Both the position numbers and the translations under genes were made by a program. DNA of 64,000 bases from a virus: positions 15,377 through 79,376 of the IMG/VR virus record IMGVR_UViG_3300022752_000048, one strand, 5' to 3'. This document shows, piece by piece, positions 39,651 to 49,053 of this stretch; positions within the stretch are counted from its first letter, which is position 1; each line of letters starts with the position of its first letter. The notes under the pieces were generated by a model. The model was given only the letters and a program-made list of their open reading frames with translations. It was not told the origin of the DNA and made no database searches.

Positions 39651-40017
39651 GGAAACCCTCTATGTACTCCTGATTAGTTTTATGGCATTTAACGCAAATT
39701 CTATTTCCGTGTGGCGAAAAGAAAACAGTATTACACTTCAAACAATTTCTGTTTTTTGGCTCTGCAGATCCATGTTCCAAAAAGAACTTTTCGTCTGCCT
39801 TCCGCAGTTCTTCCATAAGCTGTTTATGCCTCTGTTTACGTCTATTTGACGTTTTTTCTCTATTCTTTTTAACTTTTTCTGTCAAATCATTCCAGCTCAA
39901 ATTATGATGTTCGACATAATTTTTCATGAAAGATTCATGATTATCTGTAACAGGAACTGGAATGTTAAGAGTTTTGCAAAACACCTTTAGTGTAATTTTG
40001 ATTTCATTAACAATCAT
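39643..40017 (-). CDS. Hypothetical protein with C-terminal Zn ribbon
   Basis: CLKC...RICVKC; coupled to the kinase gene. Confidence 0.65.
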   Translation of the reverse strand: MIVNEIKITLKVFCKTLNIPVPVTDNHESFMKNYVEHHNLSWNDLTEKVKKNREKTSNRRKQRHKQLMEELRKADEKFFLEHGSAEPKNRNCLKCNTVFFSPHGNRICVKCHKTNQEYIEGFHD

Positions 40018-40027
40018 TGTTTTGCCT

Positions 40028-40357
40028 TTACTCTAATTCTGCACCCATATCGACGATCCCCTCCTTTTGAAGGAGCGAAAGGGCAAATACTCTTTTAGAA
40101 TCTGCAAAGTTTTTAGTTTCGTTAAACGCACTTCTAAAAGTTTGTAAAATTTCTTGTGCAGCCTTGAATTCTGGATTAGCTTCCATTTCCTTCTTAGCTT
40201 TAAGTACGTGCGCATTTTGTTCTGCAATAATCTGTTTTAGTTTATCTACATTATAAGTTTTAAGCATTTGCAATTCATCATAAGAATAGTTTTTTACAAA
40301 CGCTTTTTCAATGTCACTCAAATGGCTATATTTATTTGACTTACTCTTCTTTCTCAT
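40028..40357 (-). CDS. Hypothetical helical protein
   Basis: 109 aa, GGAGG RBS, ATGA-coupled to the ADDT gene. Confidence 0.65.
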   Translation of the reverse strand: MRKKSKSNKYSHLSDIEKAFVKNYSYDELQMLKTYNVDKLKQIIAEQNAHVLKAKKEMEANPEFKAAQEILQTFRSAFNETKNFADSKRVFALSLLQKEGIVDMGAELE

Positions 40358-41217
40358 ACGACATCCTCCACAAAAAGTAATTGCTGGTTTTTAATATATG
40401 CAGTTTTTTCTTTTACTGAAAAATGGTGTTGAAGAAATTTATGATCAAATCCGCATTCATCAATTAAATTCCAAAATACGTCATCTGTATAAATTTCTGG
40501 CTTTTTAAGAACTAAAAACTCATTGATATCATGTCCAACTACATAACTCCCCTTATGCAATATTTTAGGTACTTTACACAAACAACTTTCGACTTGACCA
40601 ATTGGCGCATTCCACACTCTAGATAAGTTCCAACCTAGAGCTTCCCATTCTGGAATTATGTCTTTTGTAAATTTTTGGTTAATTCCATATAGGTAGCGAA
40701 GCCCAAACACCGGCCCAGTGTTTTTATTAGGGTCAGCATTCTCGATTCCTAATCCATTAATGCGAAGGCTGTTATATCTCAGTGTTTGATCCATAAGCTC
40801 ACAGGTTTTATAGCAAGCCCAGTCCCCAAAATATGGGATCGTTTTAAACAGTTCTCGTCCGCTATTAAAATCTAGAGGTTTTGTTTTGAGTGTAGTTTCG
40901 ACTTTTGTCCATTTATCAAAAGCTTTTTCAAAATTTTCAATACGACGAACTTGCGGAGTTCTACCCCGTTCCATACCAAAGCGGCTGATTTTTTCAAACA
41001 TTTGTGTAGGACTTTTTCCATCAGAAAGTCCACGCATAAACAAGATCATGCTTTCGATAGAATAATAATAAACGTACATAAAAATTGCGGTTTCCGGATC
41101 AAATTTTTCATGTTTAATAATTGATTTTAGGAGAGGATAAACAGGATCAACGTCTTTGGTATGGATTAAGGCTAGGCTTGCCTTCTCGAAATCGGAAAAA
41201 TTAAATAGATGTTGCAT
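40354..41217 (-). CDS. Amino acid:DNA transferase (ADDT / aGPT-Pplase2 family, HhH-glycosylase fold)
   Basis: DVDPVY, ERGR, YFGDWACYKTCE, GP..GL, VESCLCK and GSYVVGHDINE match the motif series I recall for phage thymidine-hypermodification transferases. Confidence 0.75.
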   Translation of the reverse strand: MQHLFNFSDFEKASLALIHTKDVDPVYPLLKSIIKHEKFDPETAIFMYVYYYSIESMILFMRGLSDGKSPTQMFEKISRFGMERGRTPQVRRIENFEKAFDKWTKVETTLKTKPLDFNSGRELFKTIPYFGDWACYKTCELMDQTLRYNSLRINGLGIENADPNKNTGPVFGLRYLYGINQKFTKDIIPEWEALGWNLSRVWNAPIGQVESCLCKVPKILHKGSYVVGHDINEFLVLKKPEIYTDDVFWNLIDECGFDHKFLQHHFSVKEKTAYIKNQQLLFVEDVV

Positions 41218-42106
41218 ACAAATACTCTTGAACTGCGTCGGCTAGTTCTTTAATATATGTTGGTGCATGGCGTAAACCATTTGCGGACTTTGGTGTCACA
41301 TACATCGAAGCACCTTCTTGAATAAACGCATGTGAATAGTCTTCCATATAAGCCGGCCTCCACCCTGTTTTAGGATCACCGGTAACTTGGATGCCTACCT
41401 TCCCATCGGTTACTTTAGAAATATGTTCAATAATTTTTTCAATTTTATCTTTAATTTCTAGATCTTTTTGTTCTTTTTGATAAATAAAATGAGTACCTAG
41501 ATAATAGGTGTCTGTAGTTGGCCTTGGATATAAATAGGCGTTAATAAAACGGCCTTCTTTAGCATTTAAACAAAACCTTGGATAACGATCAAATACTTCT
41601 CCACTTGGTTTGCATTCTACTGACCAACCCCAACGATAATCCGTTGGTTTGTATTTGTGAAAACCATTTGCATGGATAACAAGTCGATTGGTTGGTGTTT
41701 TGTCTACGCGGCTAGAAAAGAAAAATTCTTGAGTAAATTGTACAAATGCCTGTACATTAACATGCATTGATTGTTTATTTAAAATTTTAATATTTCCGAC
41801 AGTTTCAACAAATTTTAGTTCTTTGGAATTATTATGATGCGGAATGCTTTTCTGTGTATACCCATAAGGAACAGCTTCGGAAAACAAAATAATCGGGCGA
41901 CGATCTGCTTGGCCAAATGATTGCAGCCATAAGTTATAGTTAACTTCGTCTAGCTCCTCACCGGACGGATAAATACACCCAGTGCTGGCTTTCCATGCAC
42001 CGGGTGAATCATTGTCTTCCCACGAAAACATAATTTTTCTATTTGTTAATTCCCAAGCAAGGAGCGAGCCAATTAATCCAAAGCCCTTAATATGTACTGT
42101 AGACAT
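41201..42106 (-). CDS. FAD-dependent oxidoreductase (DAO/glycine-oxidase-like)
   Basis: VHIKGFGLIGSLLAWEL Rossmann motif, A..ASTG, TGWRP and ANGL..AP. Confidence 0.8.
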   Translation of the reverse strand: MSTVHIKGFGLIGSLLAWELTNRKIMFSWEDNDSPGAWKASTGCIYPSGEELDEVNYNLWLQSFGQADRRPIILFSEAVPYGYTQKSIPHHNNSKELKFVETVGNIKILNKQSMHVNVQAFVQFTQEFFFSSRVDKTPTNRLVIHANGFHKYKPTDYRWGWSVECKPSGEVFDRYPRFCLNAKEGRFINAYLYPRPTTDTYYLGTHFIYQKEQKDLEIKDKIEKIIEHISKVTDGKVGIQVTGDPKTGWRPAYMEDYSHAFIQEGASMYVTPKSANGLRHAPTYIKELADAVQEYLYATSI

Positions 42107-42122
42107 TTTTTAATTCCCGATT

Positions 42123-42620
42123 TTAATATGGACCAAAGGCTCCACTTCCGCGCCGGCGTGACGGAATTGCATTCTGGCGCTGTTGTTCTTCCCATTCCTT
42201 CTGTAGCTCCTCCTGTGTTGCTGTGATTACTGGCGACGGTGTGCGTGGGCTTGCTGTCGTCGCCAATGTCCCGTTTCCCACAGGAGTTTGCTGTTTTGGT
42301 GCGGGAGAAGAAAGATTTTGGTTAATACGTTGCAAGACTTCTACCACAGGATTGCTGGAAATTTCTTTAAACAAAGCTGCTAGTTTAGTTGCTTTTTCTT
42401 CTACCTCGGAAACAGCCTTAACAGTTTCTGGATTATTATTTTCCAGCAGCTGTTCTAGCACAGTGTTTAAACTTTTTTGAATATGTCCCCAAAGAAATTC
42501 TCCGCTTGGCAAAGACAAAATACCTTCTTTTAGAACTTCGTTCTCTAGGGCAGATTGAACGTCACTAAGTAATTTAATTTTCTCTTTCTTGTCCATATTA
42601 TCCCTCGTAAATATCGGCAT
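42123..42620 (-). CDS. Hypothetical protein
   Basis: Helical ORF in the operon; the real start is probably the internal Met (MDKKEK) after GAGGG. Confidence 0.6.
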   Translation of the reverse strand: MPIFTRDNMDKKEKIKLLSDVQSALENEVLKEGILSLPSGEFLWGHIQKSLNTVLEQLLENNNPETVKAVSEVEEKATKLAALFKEISSNPVVEVLQRINQNLSSPAPKQQTPVGNGTLATTASPRTPSPVITATQEELQKEWEEQQRQNAIPSRRRGSGAFGPY

Positions 42621-43686
42621 TCATGGCAATGCCCATGTTCTTAGAAGTAAACACTTCTTGTTTGATTTTGGCGTACAGGTTTTCATCCATTTTGACCAAA
42701 TCAACAAACTTGGACATATTGCCTGCCTTAATTCCAAGCTCTTCTGGGCCAAAGTAAATGGTGTTGCCAGTTTCTTTCTTATGGAGTACGCCAAGATTTA
42801 GCGCTAGCTCTACAAGCTCTTCATACTGGTTAGCCAGTTCACCGCTTTCCATGTTTAGCCAGAATTCAGCAGCCTTGCCCTCGACAGTAAGACGAGTCTT
42901 ATTAACTTTGCAGCGAACCTTGGAACCGACCGCAATATTCTTGCCTTGGCCGTCTTTGGATTCGGAAACCAGCTTGTCCTTCATGCCAGTTGCCTTTTCC
43001 AAGAAAATAATAGTGGAGCACAAGTGTTTTAGCCGTTGACCACCAGTAAGCACCCATGGATAGTATTTAGCCATGCGAGTATCAAGGTTGGCCATAGCGT
43101 GGTTAGTAAGGACTACTAGCACTTCGCACTCGTTAGCAATACGATTTAGTACGTTTAGCGCTGGATTGATGCTCTTAGAAATGCCACCGTAACCATTTGC
43201 AGCACCACTAACATCGCCTTCTTCCATCGCACCTTGTTCACCAAGCGCAGTAAGGGCCTTAACGGAATCGAGTACAATTGCGCAGCAGTCCTTGTTCTTC
43301 TTGATTTCCTCTTCAGCCTTAGCTAGGGGCTTAATAGCGCCTTCAAATGTATTTGACTGGATAACTACCAGACGGTCGAGATCAACACCCAAGCTGGCTG
43401 CCCGTTCAGGGTTAAACGCATATTCTGTGTCAATAAAGATGCCGTACTTGGTTGGGTTCATTCGTTGCTCTTGTGCCAGCAACTTTAAAGCCATAAGGCT
43501 TTTACCAGAACCAGGCGATCCCCATAGCATAACCAATTCACCTACTGGAATACCGCCACCAACAGCCCAGTCAAAAGAAACTGAACCGGTGCTCCTGACT
43601 TGTTTTTGTTTATTAGAAAATTCTTTGGCTACGGCAACTCGTTCCATTTTTAGCATTGACGACAAATAGCTTGGTAGTTTTGACAT
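42598..43686 (-). CDS. recA: RecA/UvsX-like recombinase
   Basis: STGS..FD.A.GGGIP.G, WGSPGSGKS, FIDTEYA, LGVDLDRL, IVLDSV, TGGQRLKH and KVNKTR. Confidence 0.95.
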   Translation of the reverse strand: MSKLPSYLSSMLKMERVAVAKEFSNKQKQVRSTGSVSFDWAVGGGIPVGELVMLWGSPGSGKSLMALKLLAQEQRMNPTKYGIFIDTEYAFNPERAASLGVDLDRLVVIQSNTFEGAIKPLAKAEEEIKKNKDCCAIVLDSVKALTALGEQGAMEEGDVSGAANGYGGISKSINPALNVLNRIANECEVLVVLTNHAMANLDTRMAKYYPWVLTGGQRLKHLCSTIIFLEKATGMKDKLVSESKDGQGKNIAVGSKVRCKVNKTRLTVEGKAAEFWLNMESGELANQYEELVELALNLGVLHKKETGNTIYFGPEELGIKAGNMSKFVDLVKMDENLYAKIKQEVFTSKNMGIAMNADIYEG

Positions 43687-43694
43687 TTATTACC

Positions 43695-44165
43695 TCATGC
43701 ACGGATGTGAATATTGTTGAAATTAGTACGGCCATAGATATTTTTCTTAACATCATCTATTGAAATTGATAGCACCGAACGAACAGATGATAAATAGGAA
43801 TAAACGCTATCCCAATAGGCTTCGTCTTCTTGGGCTATTTGATATTCTGGTTGAATACAAATAAACGCCTGTTTGTCTTTTTCGGTAGGTTTTTGGATAT
43901 TTTTCTCCGCCGCCCACTCTGGAAATTTTTCTATTCGAAGAACTGATTCTACTCGCTCCTTTTCAATCTTTGCTTTTGATAACGAATATTGCGCTTTTGT
44001 CATTAATTCGGAAATAGCTAGCAATCCTTCGCGCATGGATTGTAGAAACACCGGTGCATCGTGTTCAGTTACACTTACTGACTGCTTGCTCTTGGCAATA
44101 AAGGGGGCGAGCTGGTTGGCAATCATGTTCATTTGATCACGTTTTGAAATAATTTCTGTACCCAT
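43695..44165 (-). CDS. UvsY-like recombination mediator (putative)
   Basis: Helical 156-aa protein between SSB and RecA, with a KPTEKDKQAFI...PEYQ pattern. Confidence 0.5.
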   Translation of the reverse strand: MGTEIISKRDQMNMIANQLAPFIAKSKQSVSVTEHDAPVFLQSMREGLLAISELMTKAQYSLSKAKIEKERVESVLRIEKFPEWAAEKNIQKPTEKDKQAFICIQPEYQIAQEDEAYWDSVYSYLSSVRSVLSISIDDVKKNIYGRTNFNNIHIRA

Positions 44166-44182
44166 GTTTCCGCCTTAAATAT

Positions 44183-44210
44183 AAAAAAAACCGACCAAAT
44201 ACATGGTCGG
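44183..44210 (-). terminator. Rho-independent terminator after SSB gene
   Basis: Minus strand CCGACCA-TGTATT-TGGTCGG followed by T8. Confidence 0.85.
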
Positions 44211-44234
44211 CCAAAAACAATTTAATGAGTACTA

Positions 44235-45149
44235 TTAAAACGGATTCCAATTTTCTTCATCTGCACCGCCAAAGTCAACAGAAGCAGAACTGGCAGCCGA
44301 CTTTTTATCTTCCGCAGAACCTTCGCCTTGGTTTCTAATTAAGCGAGAAGGAAGTTCGGTACCGCCAGATGCTACGAATGCTGCCATTTCATCTTCACTC
44401 CAAAGACGAGATGCAAACATCTGCACCAAGTCGATCATCTTTTCAGGATCTTTAAGACGATCTTTAACTGAATTAGGGAGTTGTTGTTCAAACAGCATTT
44501 CTGTTTTTTGACGTCCAACCATTTTTGATTCAACGCAAAGATCCGCAGAGTAGCGAGTATCCAATTTTTCGCCAGTTTTATTTAGTATCATCCAACCAGT
44601 GGGCTCAGATGGGTTGTAAACCTGGGCATTGTAATCTTTGAACTTATGCACTACACCACTGATTTTTTTGCTGGCATCACCAAACATTGCTTTAATCAAA
44701 GATGTTTTTGCGTCAAGAACAGAGATCTTATCGTCACCGCGAAGAACGACTAGGACGGAAAACCTACGCTTCTGTTCAAAAGCCTTAGAAAGAGTTGAAT
44801 GCTCAAGATATTTTTCATGCATTTTATGTGCGGGCGCTTTTGCTCCAAGTTCTTCTAGCTTAGCAGCTTCATCACGATGCTTCCAATGAGCATCACAAAT
44901 AGAACAGGTCTTTCCAACAGAACGAGGACAAGGAATACGCATGTATTCGCCATTTAGCGTATATTCATGAAAATGGTTTTCTGTGTATGGACGAGGCTTA
45001 CCAACGTGTTGATTAACGACTACGCGTAATGTAAGTGGCCATGTAGTGTTTTTTGCACCACCAACGTAATTGATCTTTTCACGTTGCTCTTTTTGTTTAC
45101 CAACAGAGAAATCTTCGTTTTCGAGTAGAGAATAATCAAAATTTTCCAT
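44235..45149 (-). CDS. gp32-like single-stranded DNA-binding protein
   Basis: HFH...CP....TCSIC zinc site, KTGEKLDTRY, acidic tail ending EENWNPF. Confidence 0.8.
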   Translation of the reverse strand: MENFDYSLLENEDFSVGKQKEQREKINYVGGAKNTTWPLTLRVVVNQHVGKPRPYTENHFHEYTLNGEYMRIPCPRSVGKTCSICDAHWKHRDEAAKLEELGAKAPAHKMHEKYLEHSTLSKAFEQKRRFSVLVVLRGDDKISVLDAKTSLIKAMFGDASKKISGVVHKFKDYNAQVYNPSEPTGWMILNKTGEKLDTRYSADLCVESKMVGRQKTEMLFEQQLPNSVKDRLKDPEKMIDLVQMFASRLWSEDEMAAFVASGGTELPSRLIRNQGEGSAEDKKSAASSASVDFGGADEENWNPF

Positions 45150-45162
45150 TTTACGGCTCCTT

Positions 45163-45789
45163 TTAACGGTATTGGAATTTAGCTAGCGACGGATTCATAG
45201 AATTATTAGCAGCGGCGGTTACTCTTGATAACTCGATACCTTCTTCAATGGCCTTGAGTACAGTTACAACTTTTTCTTCTTGGGATTTCTTTCCACCTCC
45301 TTTGGGCACGGCAACTACGGTTCTTGACAAACGACTATTAAGCGGCGAACGACGATAGGTGTAAAAAACATTTGATTGTAATTCACCGGTTTTAAAAATT
45401 TGCGAAACGCTGATATTATCTTGCTGCAATGTTAGGTCGTCGACAATTCGTACAAAATCACGAATACTTTCAATCTTTTTTAACACTCGACTAGTATCAG
45501 GAGTCCTACGAATAGCGGTTGTGCCTGAAAACAATTTAAGGCAGTTAGCAAACAAAACATTTGCCTCTGTTGCAGAAATTTCAAAGGGCATTTCTCTGCT
45601 AAGAGATGCGGCATAACCTTTAGCCTTCATTTCTTCGGCTACTTGAATTGCATAGTCAGACACATATCCAAGCTGGACTGGCGCATATTTTTCAATACCT
45701 TGGAGGATCACTTGTGCTTCGTCTTCTTTAAGGTCTGATAAATCGATAATTACTGGAATTGAATATGAACGGTCGTACATAACGGTCAT
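45163..45789 (-). CDS. Hypothetical protein
   Basis: 208-aa ORF with AGGAG RBS, coupled in the replication operon. Confidence 0.65.
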   Translation of the reverse strand: MTVMYDRSYSIPVIIDLSDLKEDEAQVILQGIEKYAPVQLGYVSDYAIQVAEEMKAKGYAASLSREMPFEISATEANVLFANCLKLFSGTTAIRRTPDTSRVLKKIESIRDFVRIVDDLTLQQDNISVSQIFKTGELQSNVFYTYRRSPLNSRLSRTVVAVPKGGGKKSQEEKVVTVLKAIEEGIELSRVTAAANNSMNPSLAKFQYR

Positions 45790-46241
45790 TTTTTTCTCCT
45801 AGACGGTTTTTTGATTTTTCTTCTAGCTTTATTTTCAACAATACTTTTTTGTTTGTGACAAGGAATGCACTTAACGGTTAGTTTTGATAATATATTTTGT
45901 TTCATTTCATCGGTTATGTTTTCCTCATCAAAAAAATCTACGCCAACAAACATCCTGTCAACATATGTGTTCCAGTCTTTCCAACCAGATATGTCAATAA
46001 CAGGATCTTCATGGTCGACCTGAATTTCTTTATAATCAAAAATTTTGTTGCAGGCACAACATTTGTATTTAACACGTCTAGCTTTACTTTCTGTACCATC
46101 TTTTTTTGAAGCTTTGTATGGAATTTTGGCATTTTCTAAAACAAGTTTTTTGATTGGACTAATAGAAAATAACCGGCGAATCGCTGAAATAAGCGATGCT
46201 CTTAACACCCATTTGCGTTTCTTTTTAGATTTCTTTGCCAT
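45786..46241 (-). CDS. HNH endonuclease-like protein
   Basis: YKCCAC, IQVDHEDPV and CIPCH..KS..E. Confidence 0.8.
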   Translation of the reverse strand: MAKKSKKKRKWVLRASLISAIRRLFSISPIKKLVLENAKIPYKASKKDGTESKARRVKYKCCACNKIFDYKEIQVDHEDPVIDISGWKDWNTYVDRMFVGVDFFDEENITDEMKQNILSKLTVKCIPCHKQKSIVENKARRKIKKPSRRKK

Positions 46242-46259
46242 CTATCGATGGTAATAAAT

Positions 46260-47063
46260 TTAAATTGAAAAGTCGATGATATCTTGCAAATTAAAATAAG
46301 GCTTTTTAGTAAAGCTACTCACACCGACTTTTCCGACAAAAAGGCATAGCTTGTGGCGGTATGATCCAAGCTTTTTATTTATCTTAGGATCGTATTCAAA
46401 TACTTTTTTCTTTATTCCACTCACGGGATCATCAACTAATCTTTCTTTAGGCCACATGCGCACGCGAACATCATCACTTCCATCAAAGATGGAAACTTCT
46501 ATAAACTCTTTTCCGTCATATTTTTTAGTAGCATATCCATTAAAATAACCAAAAAAAGCCTTACGCCACATTCCTGTTTTTACGGAAAAATCTGATATTG
46601 TACCCTTATAATTTTTAGCAATCGCCACGCGATCTTCTATTTTGTTTCCGTTTTGATCAATTGTGAATTGGCGGGCAAAAGGAAATACTTCTGTAAACTC
46701 TTCTTTGGTAGTCTTAAACCCGAGCTGCTGTAATGCGGATTGGTAAACATTGCAGAAGCTAATAGAAAAAATAGGATTAAAATCAGCTAGCCATAATTGC
46801 CGATCAAAATCGGACGTAATTTTCTCCATTGGAATACGCTGTTCTTTGATTTTTGGAAACCCGGCAGTAGATTTGCAAGCTTTTTTAAGCTGCTCGATGG
46901 CCACAAACCGTTGTTCTACTGTTAACGGATCTGGAAAACAGTCATCAAATGCACCGCTCATGATCATAGTTATGATTGGCGAAACCATAATTTTAATTTC
47001 GCCAGTTTCGTAATTTTGTTTTACGTCTTTGACTTTGACCAAAAAATCTTCCCACTTACTCAA
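46260..47063 (-). CDS. dnaE: DNA polymerase III alpha-like (DnaE), C-terminal fragment: second HhH + OB fold
   Basis: KWEDF...ITMIMSGAFD resembles the DnaE LIxxGAFD motif. KKYDGKEFIEVSIFDGSDDVRVRMW and LCLFVGKV resemble the DnaE OB fold. Likely TTG start at 47063 after a GAGG RBS, overlapping the sbcC stop. Confidence 0.75.
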   Translation of the reverse strand: MSKWEDFLVKVKDVKQNYETGEIKIMVSPIITMIMSGAFDDCFPDPLTVEQRFVAIEQLKKACKSTAGFPKIKEQRIPMEKITSDFDRQLWLADFNPIFSISFCNVYQSALQQLGFKTTKEEFTEVFPFARQFTIDQNGNKIEDRVAIAKNYKGTISDFSVKTGMWRKAFFGYFNGYATKKYDGKEFIEVSIFDGSDDVRVRMWPKERLVDDPVSGIKKKVFEYDPKINKKLGSYRHKLCLFVGKVGVSSFTKKPYFNLQDIIDFSI

Positions 47064-49053
47064 TGTAAATAACCTCATCAAAGAAGTAATCTTGTGTATG
47101 ATGCTCAATCATCAAAACAAGTTTACGGTCTGAAATTTCCTTAATTGCACTAATACAGATTTCCTGGGTCGCAATATCACACCCCTGTAGGCTCTCGTCA
47201 AGCATCAAAATGGGGCTATTGTACATATCGGACAACGCTAGTTGGAACGCTAGAACTAAACGGCTAAACTGACCACCTGACAAATCATCTTCATTCAGAG
47301 TGTCTAGCACTTGGCCATCACAGGTTAATTCCAAGTTTATTGCAGAGATCTCTTTGTCTTTAGACTTTAGCTTGCGAGTTGTTTTAAGTTCAGCCTTAAC
47401 ACGACCGTCCAATAGGAGATCAAGCCAATATGTTGCGCGAAAGTTAATTTCATCAATGATGCTTTCTAGCGACTCCAACATTGACTTTTGCCAAATATCA
47501 TTAATTTCTGAACAGCCGGAATATAAATCTTTGGCGTCTTGTTTTTGTGTGGCGATTTCTTCCAAAGATTCTGTTAGAGCATTAAGCTTTTGCTCATATT
47601 GGTCGATTTTAGTCTTGATTTCGGCGTTTTTATTTAATTGGTGTAGTTTGGACTGATATTCTGATTTTTTATTAGCCTCTTCATTCAATTCATTTGAGTG
47701 GAGCTCAATTGCTGAATAAATAGTTTGAATTTTATTTTCCAGCTCTGTGATAGGAATCAAATTATTATTTGTGCTAATAATTTGGTCCGCCTTGAGCTTT
47801 TTCTTTTCAAGAGTAGCTGTGTTTGTTTCCACATCGTCTAAAAGAACTTTTTGTTTTCGCATATCTCTTAGATAAACACTCAATTCATTAGCCGCGTGTT
47901 CAAACTTTTCAATCTTTTGCTTACCAGCTTTAATTTTTGTATTAATTTCCGACTCAAAATTAGTTACAGAAATTGATTCTACGGCGTCGTGGTAACCTAG
48001 AAACTCTTCACACATCATCTTTAAATCTAGAACTTTATCTACAATTTCAGGCTCGCCGTATAATTCAATATTTTGCGTAAGATTTAATATCTTGCTTAAA
48101 GATAGTTGTTTTTGCTCTTGATGTCTTTCTAAGTTTTGCATCTGCGAAAGCAGCCATTCCATTTTATTAAGATCTTGTTTGAGCGTTTTAACTTCGGAAT
48201 TATATTCATTTATTTGCCGCTCAACAGCCTGTTCTTTAAAATCTTTTAATTTTTGTTGATACTCTTTTTGACGTGACTGCAGTTCACCCAAACTTTCTTC
48301 GTATTTTGATAAGAAATCTGAGGCCGTTTGGAAAACGGCGCGAGCTGGATGGTTTTTATTTTCGGTAAGACTAGTTCGATCTGTTTTGAGTTCATTAATT
48401 TTTGCTGTTAATGCAACAATATTCTTTTCGGTTGCTGCGATTTTGCGCTGCAAATCGACTGGAGAGCCTTTAACGTCAAACATTGTTTCGCTTAAAGACT
48501 TAATTGTGTTTTTAATTTCTTTGATTTTATCTTGAGTATTTTGCTCTTTATGTTCTAATTGATTAAGCAGATTGCCAACTTCTTTGATCTTTTCTGCAAT
48601 TTCTTCTTTTTGTTTAAATGGGTCAGAACCTTTAAACGCAAGCTTGTTAATCAACTCCATTTGCTCTGATGGTGACAAATTAATCAAACTGTTTTTTTGA
48701 TTTTGAGCAACATAAGAACAAATATCAAATTCTGTTTTATTCATGCGCAAAATGTTTTCGATTTCATTTTGTGCCGTAGAAGAACTAAGCCCGTTTACTT
48801 TGAGAATATTTGGACCGCGACCTCTAGTGATCGAAAGATCAAAGCCATCGAATTGAACTACTGTAGAATCTTCGTTCCAAGTAGTAATTTTGTTCTGCTT
48901 GCCATAAAAGGCATAACTGACTGCCTTAAAGATAGATGACTTTCCAACTCCGCTGCGACCATGGATTCGCACCATTCCTGTTTCTGGCAGAGAAAAAGAA
49001 ACGTCACTATGATTACGGAAGTTTGTCAAAGATAAATTGATACGATTTTTCAA
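47056..49053 (-). CDS. sbcC: SbcC/Rad50/gp46-like ATPase
   Basis: LTNFRNH, GRSGVGKSS, Q-loop YVAQ, coiled coil, LSGGQ, LMLDE and IEH. Confidence 0.95.
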   Translation of the reverse strand: MKNRINLSLTNFRNHSDVSFSLPETGMVRIHGRSGVGKSSIFKAVSYAFYGKQNKITTWNEDSTVVQFDGFDLSITRGRGPNILKVNGLSSSTAQNEIENILRMNKTEFDICSYVAQNQKNSLINLSPSEQMELINKLAFKGSDPFKQKEEIAEKIKEVGNLLNQLEHKEQNTQDKIKEIKNTIKSLSETMFDVKGSPVDLQRKIAATEKNIVALTAKINELKTDRTSLTENKNHPARAVFQTASDFLSKYEESLGELQSRQKEYQQKLKDFKEQAVERQINEYNSEVKTLKQDLNKMEWLLSQMQNLERHQEQKQLSLSKILNLTQNIELYGEPEIVDKVLDLKMMCEEFLGYHDAVESISVTNFESEINTKIKAGKQKIEKFEHAANELSVYLRDMRKQKVLLDDVETNTATLEKKKLKADQIISTNNNLIPITELENKIQTIYSAIELHSNELNEEANKKSEYQSKLHQLNKNAEIKTKIDQYEQKLNALTESLEEIATQKQDAKDLYSGCSEINDIWQKSMLESLESIIDEINFRATYWLDLLLDGRVKAELKTTRKLKSKDKEISAINLELTCDGQVLDTLNEDDLSGGQFSRLVLAFQLALSDMYNSPILMLDESLQGCDIATQEICISAIKEISDRKLVLMIEHHTQDYFFDEVIYIE

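Noticed and set aside
33500-47070. An invertible 13.5-kb segment whose flipping would fuse dnaE-N and dnaE-C
   Set aside because: The geometry fits, but I see no inverted repeats at the two ends and no site-specific recombinase. dnaE-C has its own RBS coupled to sbcC, and dnaE-N has a stop and terminator. At most an ancient rearrangement.
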